The position numbers and the translations under genes are program-made. This document shows positions 24,141 to 39,151 of a stretch of 64,000 nucleotides of DNA, in pieces. Position 1 is the stretch's first letter. The number at the start of each line of letters is the position of its first letter. Location of the stretch: contig NW_027192217.1 of assembly GCF_041956535.1 (NCBI RefSeq), forward strand, positions 240,196 through 304,195, read 5' to 3'. The stretch is from Calcarisporiella thermophila CBS 279.70 (lineage: Eukaryota > Fungi > Calcarisporiellomycota). The notes beneath the pieces are model-generated. The model had not been told where the DNA came from. It saw nothing but the letters and a program-made list of their open reading frames with translations, and did no database searches.

Positions 24141-25786
24141 ATGGCTTGCGGTACACCGGTGTCTGCCAGTTCTAAAGGGCTCCCAGTACATAACAGCAGA
24201 AATGCAAGACTTATGTTGCCTCAGATACATAGAAGAGGCTTACTCAGTATTTTCATCGTCGGCATCACTCTTTTTAGTCTATGTTACATCGCACTTCCCA
24301 CGGAGCAACATCGCCTCATCCTACGGCATTGCCAACAATGCTCATTCTTTCTAGGCAATCGTCCTCTAAAAGACAATATTTTGAAGCAAGCAATAGCTCA
24401 TGGTGCTGAAGAATTTTTTCCTGGTCAGCCTGATGTTAACAAGCTAGCAAATGCTCCTGCTCAAATGCCTGAAGCTTTACAATCAGAGCCTGATTATATT
24501 AAAGCACTACGACAAGTGGAGCCTATTCCAGAAGACAATAGTGAGAAATATTTAACATATATCGGTATGTTTATCTTTTGTGGATCAATATTTAATTTAA
24601 TATTTTCACAAATTCAGTCGTATTAATTTTAAATTTTTTTATATTTTATAATTTAGGTTGCTCTGGCTTTCACAATCAGCGAATCGAACTGGCAAATGCT
24701 TTTATGCTCGCCCACCTGCTCAACCGTACTCTTTTGATGCCACGAGCGTTGCTTGGCACGGTTGTGGGTTGGCGACCTTTTGACGCTGGGCTCCGATCCC
24801 ACGGACTTCACCGCAAAAATGGACTCGAAGACTGTGCTGCATCTCCTCCTGGAGTAAATAAAACTTGCGATCATGCCAACCAATATACATACCTTTCGTG
24901 GGAGTATCTTTACAACTTCAATGATATCCGTTCCTATGTTCGTTGGATTGAGCGCGAAGATTATTCGATGCAATGGTTGCGTAAAAAGCTAGATATAGGC
25001 GAGGAGGACATTTTTCTTATCAAGGATAGCAAGCCCTACGAATACATTATATTTGAACTCAGCAATAGCTCTCATTCTACAGACAAATATGACTACAAGA
25101 TTTCCGTTGATGATTTGCGCCGCATTCCGCATAAACTCATTCATTTCGGCAGTCTTTATGGTGGATACCGTATTTTACTTGAAAGCTCCGAAAACAAACA
25201 GATGTACGACCAGATTATGGAGAGCTTTGTTGTATCCCAGCCAGAGATAGTCGAGACAGTTGACTCAGTTGTTGAGCGCCTTGGTGGATCCTGGCAATAT
25301 AATAGCTTACACGTGCGAGTGGGAGATGGGATGTTTCAACGTAATTCTCGTGTTTGGATGTCACAAATCTACAACGATTTGGTACGCGCTGTGCCTCCAC
25401 CTCCGCTTGATCGTCGCTTCCAGAGCACAACCGCCGAGGAATGTTTAGCTCAAGGAGTAGATTTGCTTTTCCTAGCAACAGATGCGCGCTCTCCACGCCA
25501 GAATAAATTATTTACCAAATTTTATAACGACTATCCCTGTATAATCACTCTTGGAGACGTGTTCGACCTGTCCACCTCTCCGATCAATCAATTGCGCAGC
25601 CCGTATGATAATTTACCACTTGGCCGATTCTTTATCCCACTTGTCGATGCTCTCGTGGCAGCACGAGGTGAGCAGTTTATTCCAACGAGAATGTCTACCT
25701 TCTCTAGATATGTTTCACTGGTACGCAAGAAAATACGAAAAGAAGAAGGATTACCAGAAAAGGGGCGTAATTTACTCTCATTATAG
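24141..25786 (+). CDS. Type II membrane O-fucosyltransferase-like glycosyltransferase (CigA-like/GDP-fucose transferase fold)
   Basis: N-terminal TM; spliced YLTYIGCSGFHNQRIELANAFMLA.LLNRTLL.P; SLHVRVGDG; LFLATD; VDALVAARG..FI.T..STFS. Confidence 0.8.
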
Positions 25787-26185
25787 CCTTCACTATCCTT
25801 TTTTATATTATCCTATGCATTTTTATTTAGGTGTTTCTTTTCTTTTTGTTTTAATTCTAATACCGCTTTACCCCCTTTTCCTAGTTCTTTTTTTGGGTCT
25901 GGACGATTCATCTGTTTATTTCATAAATCCTTACGCATATCCTTGTTCTTTCTTGTAACTACTTTTTTGCAACTTAATTTCTGGTGCAGAGTTAAATAAA
26001 ATCCGATACAACCAATCTAACCATCTCGATCGCACGATCATACCAATTGTGTAATAGTTTGATTTTCCTATATATTTGAATTAATGTCTGTTTTATTTTT
26101 TTTTTCTTATTCAGTTTTCAAAATGTTAAGTTCAAGCTATTCCAAAGTCCAAAATCTCTTCGTGACAAATACATGTATATATAAA

Positions 26186-27439
26186 CTATTCATCTTCATC
26201 TAAGTCATCCAAATTTTCCTCAGCAAATAATTCCTCTTCCACAGTAACATCTCCCTCTGCAGTATTTCTGATTGAAAGTGACTGCATATTCTCAGACACT
26301 TGACTATCCGGCTCGTCATTGTTTTGATTTGATTCCTCACCCTCATCTTCACGTTGATAATCAGTAAAGTCAAATACATCATCTCCTTCATCATAGTCCC
26401 CAGCCTGCTCGCCCCAAGAAGGATTGAATTCGAACAAATCTCTACCAGACATTCCCTGTGATTTGCCGGCCTTAAATGCTGCCTCCTTAGCCTTTCGCTT
26501 CGCTTCAGCCTCAGCTTCACGTTTAACTTGGCGATTGCGTTTCCATTCTTCGAATGTTTCCTTGGTGACTGGGGTGAGATTTGGTCCAAGTTTGTGCCTT
26601 TCAACCTCCAAGAAATCCTCAAGAGAGATTTCTGCCTTTTCTTCTTCAGACTTCTTCTCCTTCTTTTTAAGAATAAATCCTGGGGGTAAAGCATGCCGAT
26701 ACTTGCAGTTTTTACCTCCGTTGGGGCATTCCCAGAACCACCCATATTTTCCATTCTCGATTGCTTCCAAAAAGTACTTGCAAACAATGTCTGTTGTTGT
26801 TCGCGGATTGCCATGTTTGGAGAGAACAACCTGCTCCAATTTCTCCTGGTCCCATTTATCCATTGTGTCTAGAATAATCGACGTGAGAACAAGAATATAG
26901 AAAAAGTCTCAAAATTCAAATCTACCTTTCTTTCTTTCGTCATCTCGCGCATCAGTGTAGAGATCAATCTTGGCACTCTTACGATCAATAGTAAGATCAT
27001 GTGAGAATTTACATTTATCGCCCTTTTGGCATTGTCCCTCCTTGAAGAATGCACATAAAACAGTTTTCGGATCTGTTCCGAATGGAACCTTTTGTTGTTG
27101 AACTGGTTTGAAGAGCTCTGCCAATTCATCTTTCTTTGCCCTCTCAGCCGCCTTCTTATCCTGTTGTGCCTTCTTCTCTGCCTCCTTTGCTGCCTAGAAT
27201 CATAAATGAGAAATTAAGATATCTGATTAAAATGTTTAAGAATCCATCATCGTTAAGATACAAACCAATGCTTTCCGATTACCAGCCGTCATAACCTGCT
27301 GCTGAATCTGCTGTACCTGACGCTGGACCTTTGCAGATTTGTTTTTGTTTTTGAGGCCAAAGGTTTTATCTTCAGCGACCTTTTGTTTCTGCTTCTGGAC
27401 TGATTTATCACTCTGTCCCTTCTGTTTTTTTGGCGGCAT
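26186..27439 (-). CDS. TMA46: Translation machinery-associated protein 46 (ZC3H15/DFRP1)
   Basis: [18 protein letters not shown]; [29 protein letters not shown]; [32 protein letters not shown]; SGRDLF. Confidence 0.96.
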
Positions 27440-27698
27440 TCTGGGTAAATCTTCTAGTTTTGAAAATGTTGGTAGGAATAAAAAAAATAAGAACAAAAAT
27501 TAATAGAATGTCGAGTTATTTGTTAATCGCGATGCAAGAGTTGAGTGTAAAAGAGAATTTAGGTGCAATGAAAAATCGTAAATAAAATGGTGATGTCATC
27601 AATTGGGCCAACCAAAGAATATTCAATTAGAGTTTCAACATAGGATGTTCTTTACATCTTGTTCATCCCTCTCATTTTAATTGCAATCCTCTTAGCCA

Positions 27699-29011
<1,313 letters not shown>

Positions 29012-29364
29012 ACTTCAATATTTACACCCCGAATTCTGCTGATAATTTGCTCTTTCTTACCTCCATGCTCCTTTACGATAAATTATTGAAGATCTATGAT
29101 CTTTGTTGAAATTAGAATATAGAGAAATATTATTTATTAATTAGTGCATTTTATTATTTCCGCCTTTGTCTCTAACTGCCCCCAAAACGACTAAGCTCGA
29201 AGGCTCCTATTCATAAGAGAATTTATTCACACCACTAGCGATGAGTTTGCATATATACATTTTATTATACTAATCAACGTATAAAATAAAAGAGCGCTTA
29301 AATATTGTGAAAGAGTGATAAATAAAATGGGTTGACTGTTTGTACATGTGCATAAACATATAAA

Positions 29365-30750
29365 TTATAAACTGGCCTCTAACGCGTAGTGAAAGGCCGC
29401 CAATAGTTCTTGTCGGTTGCCGCAATCCGAGAGTTGGCATAATTTTTTAAATATCCAGCCGACATGCTCAGCTTCGTTGTCTCCTGCTCCGTACACCAGC
29501 ATTCTCTCAAGTTCGCAGATTTGATGTGTCTCGAGCAATTGGACTGCTTCAGCTAGTTCGATAAATTCCTGATCCTTATCTATAAACCATTCGTTATTGT
29601 TTTCCCTCCTCACTAGGCACTGCAGAATAGCCAGCCGTGGTAGAGCTAATAAGACAAAAGGCTCCAGGGATTGTGCGTCCTCGGAAGAAAACAGCTCCTT
29701 TTTTAGAGCGCTTGATAGGGCCTCTGAGAGTAGCCGTGAGAGCTGGCGGACTTGGTGGGAGCAAGCGAGGATGCCATATTCGGCTGGTGCTTGGGTGTGT
29801 TGTCTACCGTTAGTGATGGATTGTCGCAGGAGCGAAATATAGCTTGTGCAGAGGCGCGATTCGAATGCCGACCACGCATGGTCAAAGTCGATAAGAGCGG
29901 ATATTATCTCAGATATTATCTCGGGGTCTAGCGATTTTTTTGTCATGCGTTTGCGAAACACAAGTCTGAGAGTCTCAAAAACAGTGCAGAGCTGCTGTGC
30001 AGGGCCACTCAATTCTTGGTGATATACCTCTAGCCCCCTTATTCTAAAGCCACGGAAAATTGCCTGGCTTGCAAAGAGGATGGACTCTGAATACCCCTGA
30101 CCTGGACAATCAAGACATACACCGAACTATTAGCAAAGAAACCAATTGATCTGCCAAAATCACTTACCTAGCTCTTCTTGATCGATGGCCGGTAACATTG
30201 AGAGATATTCTCTTTGGGCACGGCACATCGATGGGACATATCCCATCAAAGAATAAATCGCAGCCAATAGCGCTGATTGCGCCCGGTGAACTCGCTCGGT
30301 ATGAAATGCAACTCTGTCAGGGCGGGTTGCTCTTCTCAGGTCATTTACAGCTCTGACAACTTCTTCATCTATTGTATCAATAAGCATTAGCATGTGACAA
30401 AGATTATTGAATAATTGAAAGCCCACCTGCACTGTGGAACACGGAAAGAGAATTTGCTTCGCTTACTTGGGGAGCCAATTCTTCGTAGCACTTTTGCCAT
30501 TTTTTGTTTGAGAAAATGCGTGCAAACCAATTATGCAGCAGGCACCGTAAGGAGACTGACGGGGCATGAGGAGCTGAGGATGTTGGAGAAGCATTGCAGG
30601 TAATAGAGATGGAGCGTCGGGAGACAGAGAATATTTGCAGAATAGACGGCCGCGAAATGTTGGAAGCCATTCTAGCAGAATATCGGAGCGAGGATGTGAA
30701 AATGACGCGAGCTCGGATACAAGCAGTTGAAAATCTGACTCCAAGGTCAT
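29365..30750 (-). CDS. Lateral signaling target 2 (LST2/ZFYVE28) N-terminal-domain-like protein without a FYVE domain; start uncertain
   Basis: Spliced FHSADEEV...RAQREYL..LP...ILFASQAI..G..I...PAQQL...FDHAWSAFE...EP.V.LALPRLAIL resembles the helical domain of animal LST2 as I recall it. Confidence 0.68.
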
Positions 30751-31027
30751 AGTCTCTGAAACGGGTCTTTTATACTCGCGTCTTTGAGCCTGCATATAAC
30801 CATATTTTGCAAGATAAATCCTCATTTTTATTATGGGGAACCAATGTATTGCGGGGAGAGAGCAAAAACCAGTAAATCCATGAAAAACCTTTTCCACGTG
30901 GTTGAATTGTAAATGTATGAGTTGGTGGGTAGCACCAATCATGTGTGTTGTGGCTTCCTCAATCCAGAGTTGGGTATGGTGCTTTTTATTCCTATATCCA
31001 AGTTCAGGGCCGCTATTACGAAAGGCG

Positions 31028-31891
31028 ATGGAATTCAGCGATCTACGTAGGCTTCCGAAACTAATTGTATTTGTAAGTGATCGCTTCGTCGGACCTATTA
31101 CTATAAGCGTCTAAATTTCTCATTCCTTATGTCATATATCCATGTAATCCAAAAGGATCTCGATTTCACCCTGTGGCCTCTTTGGTATATCTTTAGTCAA
31201 TCCATATAATGAGTATATCCGCTAATTAAGAGTTCAAAATATTGAAGGATTGATACCCACATAAGCGGGCCGCCTTTCAAGATTGATTCCAAAAGAACTG
31301 CTTGCGTTACGAGCTGGTATTTTAATTATATATTTAACATTACATTCATTGCGAAGGTGCTAATTTTGACTCATAACCGAACAAGTGAAAATGAACCAGT
31401 ACAGCTATATAAGGATGTCCCTGCCATCCTTCACGCAATCAAAAACATGAAAGATGTGAAAATAGGTATCGCTTCAAGAACCCATGAGCCATTATGGTAG
31501 GATATAGCTCCTAGGAGACTCGGGAGGACTCTGTTGACTAATTCGTTAACACAGGGCTAAACAGATACTGGAGATCATGCCCATTCCCAATGGAGAGAAC
31601 TCTTTCTGCACGCTGCAGTCGATGATTGACCAGGCTGAAATATATCCTGGAACCAAGCTGAAGCACTTTTCCAGATTCCATGATCGCCTTAAAATTGACT
31701 ATAAGGACATGCTCTTTTTCGACGATGAGAAGAGAAACATTGATGAGGTTGGGCAGAAATTAGGTGTGCACAGCGTATTAGTCAAGGGGGAGCTGACCTA
31801 TGGCGATTTTCAACAAGCACTACAAGAATTTTCAGCACACACAAAAGACATTACTGCGATTCATTCCCACATTGCATCTAGACTTATATGA
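31028..31891 (+). CDS. MDP1: Magnesium-dependent phosphatase 1 (HAD superfamily)
   Basis: Spliced [50 protein letters not shown]. Confidence 0.92.
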
Positions 31892-32045
31892 ATTATATCC
31901 TAGAGATAATAGAGCTGTTCGTGAAGGTTATTATTTATTCAAAAATACTGAAAATAAAATTTTTTGGAGAGGCTGCCATTAACAATAGAAAAATAGTGGA
32001 CGAAAAAATAAAAGAAAAAATCTTACGATAATTTCCATTAAATAC

Positions 32046-34114
32046 TTAGTAAAATTCTGGAACTTGTAGTATTCGTATAGTATTTGAATTACCTACACCT
32101 CCTCGCCAGCCTTGAATTGCGATGACCGTACTTCCAGGTTTAAGCAGTCCTTGCTTAGCACCCTGCTGCATTCCCCAACGAAGGCGCGCATCGACATCCT
32201 CTTGCCAGCTAGGATTCTGGGCTGGGTTAGGACGCGGATAGGGATAGAGCAGTGGGTAGCATCCCCGATAAAGATGTACTTGACGGGAGCAGATAGGATT
32301 GCGTGTGATAGGAATGATCGGAACAGAGGGGCGATATTTTGCGACGAGACGGGCCGATTTACCGCTAACACGAGGCCCCAAATTAGTGTACATAAGTGAT
32401 ATCTATTGCCCGTAAGAATTTTATTTTACCTGGTGGTTAATACAAGGATTGCTCCTGCCTGTTGCTCGTGAGCAGCTGATACAGCCGAGGATGCCACAGT
32501 TTCGGTTGTTTCAGTTGGCCGAGGCTGCAGAGCTCTTAGCTCATTGAACAAAGGGGGATAGCATATCACCGACTCGGCCAAAACGCAAGTTTCGTGCATG
32601 GTACTCACTGTCAAAAGAGTGCAATTCTATTTCTCAGTATGCAAACACTTCCCCATAATGTCGGTACTATTACCTGCTTCTAAGGGATATATCCCCTTTG
32701 CCGTCTCGCCAGAAAGCATAACGCAGTCTGCACCATCAAGAACAGCTAGCGATATTTACAAAATACAAATAATAATTAGATTGCATTGGGGGGGTGGGGA
32801 GGGTAGATGAGGCAATTATACCATTAGCAACATCGGAAACTTCTGCGCGAGTTGGTCTCGGGTTGTATGTCATAGTCTCGAGCATTTGAGTAGCACAGAT
32901 AACCGGTTTTCCGGCAAGATTGCACTTTGCAATCATCATTTTTTGGGCGATAAATACACGGGAGCTTATACGTGTCCCTGTAGAGTTAGGAATTATTTGG
33001 GAAAAAAAAATGATGGGTATGTTGTTACCTGGGGATTTCTATGCCTAGATCACCACGAGCGACCATGACGCCATCGCTTTCCTCGAGAATTGAATCGAAG
33101 TTGTCGACACCTTGGTGGTTTTCGATCTTGGCAATCACCATGATATCTTTGCCCTTTTCACCCAACACTTTACGAATATCTCGAATATCTTGCGCGCTGC
33201 GGATAAATGAGGCAAAAATCATATCTACGCCCTGCTCAACTCCAAATTGTAAATCGGATTTGTCTTTTTCGGAGAGAGCGGGCAGATCCACGCTGCTGCC
33301 GGGAAGATTGACCCCTTTTCGGCTTCCCAGCTTTCCGTTATTTCTAGCTACGACGCGAATTACATCTCCCTCGACATCCATCACTTCAAAGGTGATCACA
33401 CCATCATCAACATATATCTTTTTGCCTTTCGAAATGACCTTGGGTAGGTTTTTGTAGTCTACGAAAACTATCTTTTCATCGCAACATTCTTGATAATTCT
33501 CATTAACAGTAAAAATTATCTCCATGCCTGCTTTAATTTCGATCTAACGCACAAAATATCAAATTCTTTTCATTTATCCGAACCCTCATTATAGATACTT
33601 ACCTCTCCATCGTTCATTACCATTCCAGTCCTGATTTCTGGTCCCTTTGTATCAAGGGCGATTGCCACCGGCCGCCCTGGACGTTCTTTATATATATAAT
33701 ATATACATATTTGGTAAAAGTGCGGAGTTCAAGCCAATCAATTCTTACCTTCACAACTCTGGCGAAGGTTGCGAATGACGGAAGCATGGTATTCATAACT
33801 TCCGTGCGAGAAATTTAGACGCACCACATTCATTCCAGCTTCCCGCAATTCGTTCATCATTTCTACACTATTGGTCTTGGGACCTATTAAACAGAGTAAG
33901 TATTAAATAGAAATATAGCTAATGACAAATAGAAAATCTTACCGATAGTGCATATAATGGAGGTTTTACGAATATTCTCTGGTTGAAGATTGAGCGGATC
34001 GATGGAACTCACCTGATGCATCATGATGAATTTAGGAATTGAGATCGAGAAATGTTGAATGACTAAAACTTTTACCCATTCAAACGAGGTCTTGATTGTG
34101 TCATCTGTATACAT
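32046..34114 (-). CDS. PYK1: Pyruvate kinase
   Basis: [99 protein letters not shown]. Confidence 0.97.
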
Positions 34115-35768
34115 AGCGGAAGCGGTGGGGTAAGACGATTGTGATATTTTACAAAGCGTGATGGGGCTGATTTTTTAAAATTGCAACAAATGTGGGTATG
34201 AATCGAAAGATGCGCACTTCGATGAAGTGAATGGCAGAAAAAAAAAATAATGAGAAAAAAAAAGGACTGCTTTTATATGAAGCAAGAGAACCTGGAATTT
34301 GGTAAATTCGATACATGCAAGAATTCGACCATTAAAAAGGGAACTGGTTCGTCTACTCCTATTCATCCTGCCTGGAGCTGCATCGCCTCGAAATCTTCAA
34401 TTAGAAATAGATAGAGCATTTTCCTCGTCACCTTGCCAAACCTCCACTGCCTAAAAAATAGGACTCAAGATATCTTCCCCGCTAAAAAGGAAGTATATAT
34501 TCCCGCTGTGGCCATATTTCAGAGTCGACTTCATTTTACTAGGTCGCGTCTCCCGCAGTATTCTTACAATATCCTCTTTTCACACCAGAGCCCTGAATAT
34601 CAATATCCCATAGTTACAAGAGTAATTGATTTGCTTTCGCTACTCTTATACTATGTTTCCAATTCAATTTACTCTACTATTATCAATCCGCCCAACTCTT
34701 AAAAGCTACTGTGAAAAATATATATTTTTTTCGTGCTTCTCTTACGCATATTGCAAAAAAGATGGACTGAATGGGATCATCATTGGTATCAATTCTCCAG
34801 AATCAATGTATCCCAGCGCTTACAGAAAGTGCAGGATTTTGAAATGATTTATACTCAACAAGCAGCATTCGAGAAGCCCAGAGGACTTCACCATAGCGAC
34901 TGATGTTGGGTATCCAATATTTTGGTTTCGTGATTTGGTTTATGGGAAGCCAAACAATGACAGACGCACAACAGCAAGCCTTGGGTGCATTTGCGTAAAT
35001 GTTTTTTTGCCGCTGTGACAATTAAGCTTTGGCTTTTCGTTTTTCTAGCAATCCGATATGGATATGGCATTAGGATGTACTAAAGAGGGGGATTCTGAGC
35101 CCAGAAGCTTTGCCTGTGTCTTTGAGTTTAGGGCCAGACTCAACGATACAGATCTTGAGGCTCTCTATTTGCTCAGCTACGAGCCAGTGAGTTTGACCAT
35201 CCTCCTATGTCTTAGAGCCGAAGAAGGAAGCGATAACAAGCTAGAGCCTAGCATTCTGGTGGCATGATCAGAGCAGGCAGAACCAGAAGGATTGTCAAGA
35301 AACCATGCCTCTTCCGACAGGCAAAAGAGTAAGGCTGCTATAAGCTACTCGAGATGGAGAACGATGGTTCGACGATGAAGTGGGAGAGATAGTAAGCCTG
35401 GCATAGTGGATATTGACCCCAAGGATATTGATCGAAGCCGTCCTCCCGGAGAAAAAGCTACGCAAGCAGCGATTGCGCGGGAAAAAAATTATTCGAATGT
35501 GGGGTGGGATAGCGGAAAAAAAGGATATTAATTATTTTGTGTCTAACATCTCCTGAACCTTGCTGGCGGCCCATTGGCTGGGAGAATGCGCGTTAATTTA
35601 ATACGCTATTAATTTATATTGTTCGTCCTGCTCTCATAGTAACCCTCCCCCGCATATTTCGAGACGTTTGTGCCTCCACCAAGCACCTCTTTACTCAATA
35701 CCGGTCCTTTCCCCTGGATTTCCTCTTTTTCCTCTATTTTACTGTTGCTGCGCACTGCCACATTAATC

Positions 35769-36287
35769 ATGGTGCCAAGGGTTATCTGTGTATTTCTTTT
35801 GATAGGCATAGCTCTAGGTCAGAGCTTGAACAGTCAGGGAATGATTCGGGTTCTTTCACCTGCACCAAATACAACGCTTTCTCGGAATCAGCGCATCACC
35901 ATTCAGTATGGATTTGCGCAGTTGGGGGATGGTGAATACAATGCAAATATAGGAGTGATCAAATCTTTGAGCGATCAGGACTTTTGGCGTACAATTGAGA
36001 CGGGGATCAAGAAACAGCATGAAGGCAGCACTAGAGTTGAAAATGTACAGTCATTCACGCCTAGCTGGAGCTTTGAGAAAGAATGGACAGTATGGGGAGA
36101 CATGGCACCGGGAGAATACTACTTTGCGACAACCGGGTCAGCAACGCTCAAAAGCGGCATCACAGTCACCAAAATTAGCCCGGGAGCGGGCGCTGTGAAG
36201 TTTATAGTGAGTTCTGCGGGATATATCTCACTGTGGAGGGGATTGTGTGGTATTTGGATTGCGGTTGCAGCTCTTATGCTTTTGTAA
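35769..36287 (+). CDS. Small secreted, probably GPI-anchored beta-sandwich protein (Ser-Thr-rich GPI/Kre9-Knh1-like N-terminal domain)
   Basis: Signal peptide MVPRVICVFLLIGIALG; 'IRVLSPAP.T.L' start and 'W.V...APGEYY' motif; C-terminal SSA omega-like site followed by a hydrophobic tail. Confidence 0.65.
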   Translation: MVPRVICVFLLIGIALGQSLNSQGMIRVLSPAPNTTLSRNQRITIQYGFAQLGDGEYNANIGVIKSLSDQDFWRTIETGIKKQHEGSTRVENVQSFTPSWSFEKEWTVWGDMAPGEYYFATTGSATLKSGITVTKISPGAGAVKFIVSSAGYISLWRGLCGIWIAVAALMLL

Positions 36288-36790
36288 ATAGACGCTTAGC
36301 AACCAGATGATTTCCTATACTCCTTCATATAAGTCGTATCGAGCTATAATATGATTGTATAATTTTGGGGGAGATAACTACCGTATTTAACGCAACAGTA
36401 GAAGCATGTTTACAGTCTTTTTTTTTATTTAGTTAAATAGAAGATTAATAGGATGTATACAGAACTTATTTTGCCCGATAAACTCAAATTATAGGTGCTC
36501 AAGAGATCACAATAGATTTCACCCACAGCTATAATTTGGAATCTTGGAGTAGCTCCTGATGCTATGGCTTCCAAGAGCTTGAATCGTCTGTTCCATATGC
36601 TTTTGCCAAGAATAATGTCTATAGCTATTGTTAACGTAGGAAGCACTGCGTATATTTTCGCGATATATTCGTGAAATCAGGCCTAGATAGTTGATGATAC
36701 CCGTGGCTTAGCGGTGTTGTTTTTTCACTGTTTAAACTTGGTGGCAAGAAAATATCGGGATCGAAGAGCCATTGATATTCATCAAAAGCA

Positions 36791-37541
36791 ATGGGAGTAA
36801 CGTGGTAATTGTATTACAAAAGTATTGACATGATAACGATCCTGTTCTCTTATTTTTTTTTCTCTCAATTATTTAAGCGTGTTTCGATGGAAGGATGCCA
36901 ATGGCTACCAATCGCTTAATTATATACAGGATCGCATCACCAAATCGCTGCAAGGACGACCGCTAGGACGCTGGAGTGTAACATGGAAGGTATATCGTGA
37001 TACTAATCCTGCTGTACGGGCGGGTACAGGCAAGCTGTTGCATCAAGTCGCATTCTCACAGCGACCACGATATCTCTGTTGTATGGTGGATGGAGGCCCA
37101 TTAGTTGAAGCGGAACGGGAGATGGAGACAGTACTATTGAAACTGAAGAATTTGTGGGTGCTTAGACAAGCAGCTCAGATCGAGGTAATTTTCTGTAAAT
37201 GAAATGCGTATTTATGGTCCAAAGATTGATAGGTATTTATGCTGAAGGGAACAAGTTATGTGGTTGGAGATTTTATTGTGCGGGCGGCCAACGTGCTAAT
37301 TGGAAGTAGTTATAAGGGAGTTATAATAGAGATAGAATACCTTCCTTGCTACCTATGCTCCTCCAATGCCTCTACCCCCATTTTGCTCGAGTTCATTTCC
37401 AAAATTACTCCACCAGGTGCGCAATTCTCTTACGGGGTAGATATAAATTACAGCGAAGCTGGTCTCTCGGAAGAGGAGTTTAGCACAGCACACACAGGAT
37501 ATCAGTATATTTCTCTGTTCAAAAAAGATATATTACAGTAA
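36791..37541 (+). CDS. MED20: Mediator subunit 20
   Basis: Spliced MGVTCVFRW...GRWSVTWKVYR...KLKNLWVLRQ..QIEGTSY.VGDFIVR...KGVIIEIEYLP...TGYQYI. Confidence 0.87.
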
Positions 37542-37677
37542 TTAATATGTAGAGGTGTAGCACTTCGAGATCAGTTTGCCTTGTTTAATCCATGTAAAAA
37601 AGAGTCTTTAATAATAAGAAAGTTTTAACACTAACAATGAACGTATCCGAGCCGATACGAGTCTAACCCAAGTTAAG

Positions 37678-39151
37678 CTAAGATTTTGGCTCTGCTTTCC
37701 CAAAAAACGATGTGAGTGGCTTCATTTTTGAACTTGCTTTCGCTAGGGCACGCTGGCGTGGCGTTAGTTTCGTTTTCTAAAGTAATAAAAAGGAGTAAAA
37801 ACACAGTTAGTCTGGGGCCTTCACTACTGAGAAAGTAGGCATGCCCAACCTTTGCTTGCTGTGATTCTTCGATCATGCTTAGCCTTGAGGGCCTAGATAC
37901 TCTATCGTTTTCGTTCAGTAAATAATTCTGGAGCACGGACACCGACGCATCTTCAACATCTGAAAAACTGATCAAAAATGAATCAATAAAATTGTACCTC
38001 TCCTGGAAATGCAGCGAATAGAAGAAGAGTTACTCGTAGGTTTTCGAAAGCCTCTCTACCCAGCTTTCTGGCAGATATTCGCTTACGATGTGGACAGCCG
38101 TGTTCAAATATATTTCTAATGTATTGATAATATTAGCAGCTTCGATCGAACGGTCAACTCAGGGTATATTAACTTTTTCGTCGCTCTTCCTCAAAATTAC
38201 TGATGTCCAAAGAAGAATTGAGTTCCTTCAGAGTTTCAAATTCATCGAAGTGCGAGGCCAGCTTTTCCACCTGCACATGCAACTGGTTAGGATATCTACG
38301 GACACTTGGATACAACTACGAGTGGTACCTTATCACGAAGCCACTGAATCGTTCGGGCATCATTGAGACGGAATGTCTTGAAATTTCCACCAATATCTGA
38401 TATTCTCTTTTAGCGTTAATAGTTTCCAGTTATCGACTGGACTAAAGCATTACTCACCCTGGACGTCACATATGGAGCATAGCTTCTTCTCCACTTCGTG
38501 AATTCCGGACAGGAGTGAAAGTTGGGGATACAGCTCGCTTTCTAAACTATCATCGAGTGGTAGAAATCGTCCAGCTGCGTCCTCAGTCTTATAATAGAGG
38601 ATCCATTGAGTCGAATCGAGTAAAATCGAAGAATTAATTAATGCCTGGAGCCAAGCCTACCTTCATACGGCCCGCTTCCAACACCGGAAGTAAAATAAAC
38701 ATAATATCGACCGGAGTGAACACAAAGAGATTACCGTCTAGAATCAGAAGGATTATGTTCCGAGAGTATAAAATAAGTAAGGGGAAATCGTCAGCTTCGA
38801 TTGTATAATTACCTCTCTCCACCATGTTGTCAATAAACCAAGAGCGGGGATGCTCTTCTTCTATCTTCTGTACCTCTAGCAGATCTCGCGCAGTAAAAAG
38901 ATATCTCGCCGGGGTTCCTATATAAAATATCAAATTATAACTCAATTATAATCCGTTAAACCGAAGGAGACTCGCCTGTCCGCGGATGAGGCAGTGTTAT
39001 AAGTGATGAATTTTCATTGTCCAATGCATCTAGGTAAAAATAAAATCATAAGAACAAAGTCTTGTTTGCTAAGAGTGCCAAGATATATTTCAGCAAATAA
39101 CCACAGCCTTTGTAGGATACCTTCTGGTAGTATACACACGTAACTCTTCAT
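37678..39151 (-). CDS. RNH202: Ribonuclease H2 subunit B
   Basis: Spliced ITLPHPRTGTPARYLF, RSWFI...DGNL.VFTPVD..FILLP, and a C-terminal PIP box (KMKPLTSFF). Confidence 0.88.
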
